Assembly (NCBI GenBank): GCA_017499595.2
Contig: CM039005.1
Span: forward strand, 1,240,001 to 1,304,000
Reading direction: 5' to 3'
Source: Psilocybe cubensis
Taxonomy: Eukaryota
Length of the DNA: 64,000 bases
Numbering within the stretch: the first letter of the stretch is position 1; each line of letters starts with the position of its first letter. The notes under the pieces were generated by a model. It was not told the origin of the DNA. It saw nothing but the letters and a program-made list of their open reading frames with translations, and did not search any database. A program made the position numbers and the translations under genes. Of the stretch, positions 54,017 to 64,000 are shown in pieces.

Positions 54017-55140
54017 TTAAACGGACAAACCAATTAGCACAGGGGTAGAACGTGTCAGTGACATCTCAAACAGTTCACACCTTTGCTCTTGTGTATTCGT
54101 AACATTCTCTGTATTTGACTCGAGATCTTCGAAAGGCTGATGAGGCCTGCGTCTAGGGGGAGGAGGAAGACTCTCATAATTTAAGTCGGAAACTTCGCGT
54201 TGATGAAAATGCCTGAAATATACAATCATATCAGCCAAATGATTACCAGGATGACTGGTATGCTACACACGCGTTCTCTTCCTCATTACGACGCCAGCGC
54301 TCCATCTCCGAAAGGTAAGGGCGACGGACAGGAAAATTAGCCCATCCTCCTTCTCGTTGAATGGGTTGTTCCCCCCTTTGGATGAAACGATGTCATACAT
54401 GATGTTAATTAAATGGAAATGGCAAAATTTATGATCAAATTTATAGTACCTTGGTGCTGCCGGGGTTTCTGTACCCAACTCCACTCTTGTTGTAGCCCTC
54501 GATCGAGTCCTGTGATTTCATTTTTCACATCTGATCAACTCATTAAATTCGATGCACGTACGGGTGGTTGCTTCCTTCCTCAGGTGGAATCGGTTGAGGT
54601 CCTTGGGGTGATCCCCTCGTAGTCCCATTGAACGTGAGTCGAGAGCTTCTTTCTTGGCTGGGTTGCTTACAAATTTGCAGATTATTTGTCATATTGTTGC
54701 GCCGGCGTCTGTTCTCCTCAGCGATTTCCTGTAATTGTCTACTATTTTGCTAAAAAAACGTAAGTTTTTGAAAAGGTAGTTATCGGTATTAATGGTTCCA
54801 CCGTGTATGTCTCCATTAATAAGTTGAGTTCTTTTTCAAAGCCAACAACTTCGACGGTCGTTGGACTTTTTTTAAAAAAATTGTGGGCTGTTTTTTTGAC
54901 CTTTTCCCTTAATAGTAAAACAGAATTTTTTATTCTTCTCAGGTATTAGCTAATGATATTTCCAACAAGGAAACGACTTTTGAAGGCTTACCTTTCAAGG
55001 TTTAAGAGACTTTGGTCCCTCAGGTGAGTGTTCGATTCTGCCTCAAAGGTGGCACGGAACTCTTCAATTTTCTCGAGAAAATTATCAAGACGCTCTAGCT
55101 TCTCCTTCACCGATAGGTGAAGACGACTCTCGTGTTGGTT
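54017..55140 (-). pseudogene. Degraded hypothetical gene
   Basis: Collinear protein-like pieces interrupted by stops: a coiled-coil (LSVKEKLERLDNFLEKIEEF), PRYYKFDHKFCHF...RKRTRV*, and HLADMIVYFRHFH. Confidence 0.4.
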
Positions 55141-57564
55141 AGTAGGGGGTGACATAGTAATCAACTAAAGCAGAGATCGAGAAGATAGAGTGTCGAAGTA
55201 TGTAGAAAAATCTTTGAAGGTATACTGGCTTTTTATGCAGATTCTGATTCTTCGTCAGCTTTGAATTCCAAAAGAATATAGAAATATTCCAAACACCTGT
55301 TTCTCCCTTGTCAGCCTGAGTAGCTTGTGATGAAAAATGACGGCATTCTTGTTCCTTGCTCATTGTTCTGTCACTCATCGATGGAGGTAATAACACACAA
55401 GCCAAATACCTGGATGAGGGCTTATCGATGAAAAATTGTACACATCGACAATGCCACTGAGTGCATTGGGGTTGTGGGAACTGGCAGCGATTGAAACGTA
55501 TTAATCCGGGTAGGAAACAAGGCCACAGCGGACCTCAGTGGCACAAAACCACAGAGATTTGGTGGGAAGTTTGCACGACTGAAGACAAAACAAGTAAATA
55601 GTTAGTGAAGCATATGGACAAGTATCAGGGTGGGTACCTTACTCAAGCATCGCGCAGGTGTTAAGACACTAGAAGTGCCATCCAGACACATATTTTCTGC
55701 TAAAAGGGGAAACGAATGGAAAGAGAGATCGTCGGATAAAGGACAAACAAAAGCTGCAAACGTCCGTGGGATGAAGAAATTCGTAGTCAAATTTTTGAAT
55801 ATCAGGAACGAGGGAACAGAGTGTCAGACTCCATGCTTCGATGCCTGGATGACTAGTTGAAGACATCAAGGAAGAATGACTCGACAACTTACGCTGAGTA
55901 ATGGATGTGTACCTCACTGAAAACATAAGCGCCCGCTGAGAGACACCGTGAAGTCTGCACATACAACGTTATGGTCCAGGTGGTCAAAAAAGTCGAGACT
56001 GACGGGCCAGATAATTGAGTTTTCTCTTAGTGGTTATGGGTGAAACGTGCGCGCCAGCAGAGCAGATATCATTCCAAAATCGACTAATTGTTCCCAGAAG
56101 ATTGGGCTGGCACATCGAGGTCGAACCCAATTATGATCGTTTGTGCTGGTGTATTGACTAGATGCAACGAGGCCTAACCGAATTATGATCGTGTATACCG
56201 ATATATTGACTAGGTGCGAACCAGAAGTTTCCGTGGATGACCGAAGGAAGACAAATGCTCGAATATGACTCGGCGTGGTGGAGACACCAAGGGAAGCGAT
56301 GGAATTGGAGCGGACACTTCACAGGGTGATTAGATCGATTTATGATGATTGTGCCAACCAACCAACCAACCAACCGATATTCGAATGTGGATGACTGACA
56401 GAACCTCAGGGAAGAAAGACACATGAACCAGCTTGTTGTATCCTGCAGTAATTTAGAGACGCACCACACACATCTACAGTGACACACCTCCTATAAGGGG
56501 ATGAGCCGGGTGAGCCGGGACCCTCTATGACCCTTCGAAAGATGATGCATTCGTTCCAATCCACTGGAGTCGAGGATATCGTGGCACCAAACACGGTGCT
56601 TTTAGCAAGCTGGCATGAAAGTCAAGGGAGACGAGTTGAGTCGTGGCTTGAATCAAGGCTGCAGGTCCACAACAAGAAAGTTATCAAATGATCGCTACCT
56701 GTTCGACTACAGACCACCGTCGAAAATCTCAGCAGAGTAAAGCAGCTCGCCGCCGAGGCATTTAACAAGCCTGGAGGCCTGGTCGAGGAATTGAATTTGT
56801 CAAAGCCCGTACAACTTAGTGCCAGTCGAAGTGTAAATCTCAGTACAACCGTGACCGGTTGACCCCCGTTGTCGTATGGCTTTGATTTTCAGCGGTTTGA
56901 GGCGAGTCAGAAGACGAGTCCTGAGTCTGCGCATTGGAATAAGAAGAAAAGTTCTGAGTCATGAGTGGGCAACTTAGGGGTACCCACCGGGATGAGCCGT
57001 TATCGTACGTTGCTGGATATGTGTATCTTAGTACTTACACTATATCTGAATGTTTGTTTTTCTTATTGAGCGTATCTGGACTACGATATCCCCTGCAGCG
57101 CTATATAGCCTATGTTGCTCATTTGCTTTGAATAATACTAGGCATTTTGATCAGTGTATAAGAAACAGTGCGTGGTTTCCGTGCTTTGATTGTTGCGCTA
57201 TTATGGGATGTTGATACGGGCGGTTATTGTATTTATGAACAGGGTGGCATGACCCGTTGTATAGACCGTAAAGCGCTGTTTTACCCGTGCTCATATTGAA
57301 AAGACAGTCGAGATCCAATAAAGGCATACGTATAATAAAACTTTCATTAATACAGTGCGTAGAAATATTATCATCGACGTTGCGTGTATTGATATGATGC
57401 GTGGAGAGGCCTTCAAATAAGAATGTGGATTAAGAATCGACGTCCGTCGAGGTATATAGCGAGGCATAGGGGTATAAGTAAAGGTGGTTGGGATGCTGCA
57501 AGTGATTATGATTCTAATGTGTTGATCGTGTTTTGAGTCTTCAAGATTTATTCTGGAGATTAGC

Positions 57565-58157
57565 TCAACGAGACAACGAGACACCACAACGCGCGCATTT
57601 CTCCTCTGTGTCGGAGCTGTGGGGCGAGAGGTCACGTTTGAGCGCCATGGCATCATTATGGTACGAATCAGTGGAGTTGAACTTACAATAGACAGATGAG
57701 ACCGCAGGGGAAGCAGACCTGTGGTTTGCGCAAAATAGTATGGTTGATGCATGTCAGGAAAGCAAGATAATTGAAACGTACGACTGCTGTTATAATCCCA
57801 CAGATACCGTAGCTTGTTACACGCTCATGCTGTCCGGCAGCGCACAGGGCAAAAACTGTATGCGAAGGTGTTTTGATAAGGATCTCGGTTATGGTATATG
57901 CAAAGGAAGGGTTACTTACGTTGATCGCGGTACTGCTGACCAGCGATGGCTGCTGCCATCGCGGGGTCAACTGGTCCTGGTGTAGTGCCGCCTGGTTGTT
58001 GGGGTAAGGGGTATCCCGATGGCGCAGGCATTTGCTGCATGGGATACTGTCCGCCTGTTTGTGGGTACGGCGAGGCTTGGGGCATTGCAGGATATACGGG
58101 CGGGGGTGCCTCGACTTCCGCCTGGGGAGTGGATCGCGCTTGCTCTTCCTTGGACAT
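57565..58157 (-). CDS. BRI3/DUF2367 (LITAF-like) protein, copy C
   Basis: MSKEEQARSTPQAEVEAPPPVYPAMPQASPYPQ...AAAIAGQQYRDQ|LFALCAAGQHERVTSYGICGIITAV|VCFPCGLICLF|SDTEEKCARCGVSLSR*; same intron positions as copy A. Confidence 0.88.
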
Positions 58158-59577
58158 GGTCGAAGTTGGTAAAATGGATGCTTGGTTGTGCGCGGCTGGT
58201 CGTGTCGAGGGCAGCGGGGAGAGGATACGTGACAAAGTGCGGGCATCGATGGTATTTATACATGCAGGGTTTCAGTGATGCATATGTTTCTGGCTGGGTC
58301 GTGGATCGTGACGGACCATGCAAGGCGATGCATATCAGGTAGTAATACCAATACGGTTTTGGCGATGATTGCCTAGGCCGTTCACAGCGGATGCTGGATG
58401 CTGTAAAGCACCAGGCGCCTCCATTCACTCTATAAACAAAAACCGATGAAACAAACGCCCAAAGGCGTGTGAATCAGAAGGGCGATATCGGATAATAGCA
58501 GAGATTTGTGGTTTTTAAAATGAGTGCACAGGAGATGAACTGATAGAGGTGGATAAAGCTGGCAATACCATGTTTGGTGTGTCCAATCACCTGTGAATGT
58601 TCATCTTGGCATTGTTGAAAACAGTGGCAAAAACACTGAAGTACATGCGATGACTCGAGAAAGTCGGGTACTGTTTGCCGCAACGGTGTACGAAGATATG
58701 ATTCTCTATAGGCGTAGAAGAGCTATACCAGCGCTACTTGGCGTTATGCCGAGTGCTCGAAAACGGGTAGGTTTTTGGGCAGATCAAGTATGAGCATCGC
58801 ATTACCCAAACTATTAACCCAATACCTGGCTGAACCATGAGTTGGATGATCAGTTGTTATTGCTGTCCGTGTCCGAGCTACTAACACGATTGCTGATATA
58901 AAGTTTGCAGATAGAGGAATTCTGGTCGTCCAGGACAGAATTATGAATAGCTTTGCCTAGTTCGGGCGCGAAAATACATTAGAAAGTCTACGGATAGACG
59001 AGTCGCCAACTAGAATACGCGTTCCAAGGCTAAGAGCATAGCACAGCCTCTCCCGCTTACGCAACCGAAATTCACTCTCCGCTTGAAATAGGTGCCGTTA
59101 TGCTGACCTAATACGCGTCGAAAAGTGGGTGGTTAGGCGTTCCGCGTTCCGCGTGTAGCCTGTTGACCTTCTCAATGCCTTAATTCTAGTTGGTTCTTCG
59201 TCGAGAAAACTGGATTCTGAGTCCGCCTAGGTCCGCCTTGCTCGATTTTGCAGTCCTCAGACCGCACACGTTTGCAGGAGATTTGAATGCCAAGCAGGGC
59301 GACCGCATGTATTAGACTATAAGGGGCCATGGTTTGCCAAAAGAAGTGTTTAGCCCCTGGTGGGTGATGATGTGCAACGAGCTGATACGCACAATAATGA
59401 GGCCTTCTCATTATCGCCTTACTTCTTTCTCCACGACCTTGCCCATTGACGACCCATTGAACGAAATTAACGACATTATTGAACGACCATCAACTCGATC
59501 ACCCACGACTTCTGCACGTTACACACCCCACGTCACAGACGCTTTTGCTGGCCATTCTGCCAGTAAAGAACTCTTCG

Positions 59578-62500
59578 ATGCCCACAAATACATCCCCGCA
59601 TGCACCGTTCAACCCAACTCTGGACCCATCTGCAATGGCCTCGTCCTTGTCGCCGAACAACCATTCACCTGATCGTAGGGAAACTATTTTGAGTTTGGTG
59701 GAAATGCTCTTGCGGAATAACGATACCATGAGCCCAAGTACGTTCCTATTGCTATGCTATGCTATACATCAAGTTCTAAACATAGCTAGGAAATGTCCAG
59801 GCTCCTTCCTTTGAGGACGACAGAGACGTTCGTGAGTTAACGTACCAATTCGCCGTCTCTATTCAAAGCTTGACGGCGTGATGTCATAGCATCCGTTGAC
59901 GAACACCTACAAAATGTTGGAGCTGAGGCATTCCATAGACTCCAGAGGTGAGAAACGTTTCGCGCAATTTTCATGCTATATTTGGTTCTCATCTGAACCC
60001 ACAGCAAGATCAATAACCTCGACAAAGAAGTTCGTATTCTATACATGCCCCCCCCAATTCTCAATATTCTGAACAAGGTTATTAGCTCCGTAATTTTGCA
60101 AACGCTGCGCGACAGTTAGGTAGCTCGGTTGCCATACTTTCCTCAGCGTATCACCTCCGCGATCGTCTGGCGCAGTTGCTATTTCTGTATCACGAAAATG
60201 CAGCCGACCTTTTCCCTCGTAAAATATCCCATATAGCACGTGAAACCACAGAAGACTCTGAAGCAGCGACCCAGCACCGCAAGATATTCCGGAGAGTTCG
60301 AGGAAAAGCCCAACTTCACGTTCCTCGGCCCACTGTTAACGAAAAATTGGATGCCGAATCTTTCCCGCAACAATTTGAACAATTTTCTAAAGAAGTCATG
60401 ACATTTCTGCGCTGTTTGAATGAATTTCCGGAGTTCACAGATGAGGCAGTCAACACGTCAATCTTGTCGTTTGAGGGTGATCTAAAGGTGTGTGTGTTTG
60501 ATGGTTGACTTCTTTCCAGTCTTAAATTTCCTCTTCTTTCAAGTATTGGGCTTCATGTTTAAAAGAATACTCCAGTAAGTCGTTGCATAATATGAAATGT
60601 GCCTCATCCATTCATATATCGAGTCTAGCTCAATTTCGCTATCCCGCCGTTCAAAGATACATCCACGACCTTTCTAGTGAAATGGGAGAACATCTTGATG
60701 AGTTGTCGTCTTCGCTTTCCATGTTCATTGAAGTTGGTGAGTTCATTTGGCACTTATGATCGTTTGGCATCATTCAAACTCCTGGGTAGGCGTACCGACC
60801 ATTCGATTTGCCCAAAAGCACGGTGCAGAGAATCTCCTCAATCTTTCCACTGTAGCCACCTTTTTTTCTGCCGTCACTGCCACAACAATGCAATTTTCTT
60901 TCGAACTTGAGCACACCACAGTCGCTGATTCGGTCAATGCATTTTGGTTTGCATCTTTAGTCTTTAGTATCGGGGCAGCCGTGAATAGTCTTCTCGGTCT
61001 GACCTGGAAACAGGCAATGTAGTACGTTATGTTTTGGAGATGATTCTTTTTCTTTAGATGATCTTACTCAACTATTTCTAGCCGTTCTCCTGGCCACAGA
61101 GTGCCGTGGTGGGTGTTAATTTGGATAAAACGTTCTCCGCTGGTTTTCTTGGTTATGTCTGTAGCGTGCTTTTCGATCGGACTGTGTTGCTTTGCGTATG
61201 CTTCCCACCAAGTACGCGCCCTTACATTTGTGATCCATTATTTTACTGAAGTTTCCATCATCATCAAGGCGCGCGTTACATCTCTCATTACCTCTGTTCT
61301 GACTGCATTTACCTCTTTTGGCCTCGCTGCAGTGTCTGCTTGGTTTGCCTCCGAACGATGGGCATTTACTCGGCATCGAGGTCAAAAATGGTTGAGCGAC
61401 GTGCTATCAGAAGCTGTTGATGCATTCTTTCAGCTCAAAGCTATCCGTTGTCTCTTAAAGATCAAAGATTTGGCCTTCAGACATTTTGGCAAATTACGAA
61501 AATTCATTCTACGAATGTGCGCAGACATTATGGCTAGTGTGGCTGCATGCAACGCCAAAAAGCATAAAGGAGATGTAGAGGCGAATGGGCATCCTCCCTA
61601 AGATATATTGCCAGCGGCCGAGTCGAAAGACCGTCCAATTAGCCCATCGACTGGACGTCCTTCTGATGCTACAATCGTGATGAGCGAGCCTTCCGCATAT
61701 ACTCCATTCTCTGTACCTGCGACACCGGTCAATTCACCCTCTGATAACGACTTTCCACCGACAACTTCTCCGCCGACAGCGTCAACAACTCCGACAGCGC
61801 CGACTCTAGGGAAACAGCTGTGGAAGAATGCGGTTCGGAATGTAACTATGCGGAATGCTCTTGCGCTTGCTCCACCCACAGCTTCGGTCATTGGCACAAC
61901 GAACAAACCTCGAGCACCACCTATTCGACAGCGAACGATATCATCTGTAGTATCTCTCTCCAGTGGCGACGGTCGGACGAGGACTATCTCAGAGCCGGTG
62001 TACACGCGTTCAAGGTTGTCAGCTCTTGTACCAAAGTTGATTGAGTTGGAAGCGACACACGATCTCGCTGCTCATTCTGCGCTTGTCCGGCATATGCAAT
62101 TTTCACCCGATGGTACATTCTTAGCCACCTCAAGGTTAGTTCTCTTGTTGTGTGCCTGTTCATATCGTGGTTCACTTGAATGACATTTGATGTTTTCAGT
62201 TGGGATAAGACTTCGGTGATTTTCCGTGTGGGCGTAAGTGGTGTATTCTGAGTGAAACTATTGTATGCATAGACTAAGCATCATATAGACCCCATTTACA
62301 CCTCATCGTACCCTTGCACATCCACAAGGCTTTGTAGGACAAGTAGCCTGGTAAAAGCATGTTACCATCCACATGGACAATCATGAACTCAATTCGCTGC
62401 TTCAGGTCGCCGACAGGAAACATTTTGCTAACGAAAATGGCGAGAGGCATAAAAGTTTGGACGGCTGAGGTTTGTAATCTGTATCGAAGCCGAATGGTCT

Positions 62501-63894
62501 TCTTACTTGTCACTCACAGGACGGCGTCTGTAAAAAAACCATCAATCGCAACACAGCTATTGAAACTGTGACTTGGTTCCCAAGCGGCGACGGTAGGTTA
62601 AAGGCCACCTTTTCGTGCTCAAGGTTTGATGAAATCTTACGTCAATAGCATTCTTATCCATCGAGGATTCCACGGCTACAAAGATGGTAAACTACTTTAA
62701 AATTCACACACTCACACAACTAACACCAAACTTTCTGTCAAGGACATCAATGGGAATGTACGCCCGCCCTTGCCTCCCTGCCTTCTCATAAGTCAAACGT
62801 TTGTTTTCTCAAGGTTTTGGACCAATATGAATTCGCAAATATGAAACTCCTGGATGTTGCTATTACCCCTGATGCCACCCGTTTAGTAGGAGTAGGGCCA
62901 CTTCTACAATCTCCTGAAGGCCTTCAACCAAGCAAATCTCGTGTTGAAAAGCGGTTGGTTGGTATGTTGGATTTGCTATTTTCTTTTCTCGCTCGGAACT
63001 AAGCTCTCGTTATTCAAGTTTATAATGTAGAAACCAAACAAATTGAAAAGTATCCACATTTTGTTAGTGTCTGCGGGTTTTGTTCTGACGCAGTGTTTTA
63101 GCATGACTCCTGTGCTTGAAGTGGTTCGAGATATAACGCTCGCTCAAACTTCGCGAAATGGATTGGTGGCTTTGATTAGTTATGAACATAAGGTCAGCGT
63201 CTTCCTTCAACCCGAAATCATTCTCATTCTCGTTCTGCTCACTAGGCTCCTCCTCAATTATGGAAACTCGAGCTTGTCAAAGACAGGGAAACGAATAAGA
63301 TCACAACTTCACGCCTTTCCTTACGGTATAGTTCATTTTTCAGCAATGGGACGTCTTCATCGTTGACCTGGCCACGCAGACATACATACATGCCAAAGGG
63401 TCCAGTCGACTTTGCGGGATCAAGCTACTTTGGAGGACAGAACAACGAATTGGTTATGTGTGCAGCTAAAGGTCTGGTATTCTGTGTTCTTTTTGACGTT
63501 TTCTAACTTTTTTTTTGCAGCTGGAGACATTCATATTTGGGATCGAGAATCAGGAGCTCTGCTCCATTCAATACGTGCTCAGGCTAATGGCGGCGACTTG
63601 ACGTGTATCGCCTGGAACCACTCCTCGAGCGACCCCTTTATGTTTGCCACTGGAAGCCATGATGGCGGTGTCCGTGTATGGACCAGACATCCGGCCAAGG
63701 ATCCAAATTTTCTAAACACGAACGAATTTCCTCGGAGCACGTCCCCGTACGGCCTAGGGTCCTATCGCAACGGATTCGACAGCATGCTCTCTTTGGATGA
63801 ATATCCATCTGAACATGACTCCCCCGAGCGTGACTTGACAGCTTCCGCTTGCGCAAGCCAGACGCGTCTCATCAGTGATGGGGACCCGCCTTAA
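59578..63894 (+). CDS. Large protein: N-terminal helical domain + multi-TM (DUF6535/PGG-like) module + C-terminal WD40 repeats; in-frame TAA at 61599-61601
   Basis: Helical region (FPEFTDEAVN..FEGDLK|YWASCL), TM block (NLSTVATFFSAVTATTMQFS..VNAFWFASLVFSIGAAVNSLLG..PLVFLVMSVACFSIGL), WD repeats (HSALVRHMQFSPDGTFLATS, DIHIWDRESG, FATGSHDGGVRVW). The start codon is uncertain. Confidence 0.8.
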
Positions 63895-64000
63895 TAAGCA
63901 TAGCCAAGGAATCCAACTGTACATCTCAGGCGAAACCCTTAACCTCACACTACAAGCCTGGCACCCAAAATCATGAAAAGTATGCCGCTCGAAGGCACAT

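Overview
Intron-rich fungal genomic DNA, most likely an Agaricomycete (mushroom-forming basidiomycete), judged from the short GT-AG introns and the gene families present. The ORF track shows exon fragments only, so I spliced the gene models by eye. Family calls come from motif recognition, not database searches. Core genes: a cytochrome P450, a Ran1/SKS1-like kinase, a TPT/CAS4-like nucleotide-sugar transporter, LSM8, an RmlD-like reductase, an arrestin-like protein, VPS16, ATP10, histone H2A, a CAP64/GT61-like protein, an SH3-PX-BAR sorting nexin, a DHA1 MFS transporter and a large TM-WD40 protein. The most notable items are: (1) a tandemly duplicated head-to-head pair of a BRI3/LITAF-like small Cys-rich membrane protein and an atypical AgaK1-type kinase (45.9-58.2 kb), with one partner pseudogenised; (2) a transporter gene with 1.57-kb and 0.62-kb introns, a perfect intronic hairpin, a candidate alternative exon and a 3'UTR intron; (3) two non-autonomous TIR DNA transposons; (4) an in-frame stop between the TM and WD40 modules of the last gene.
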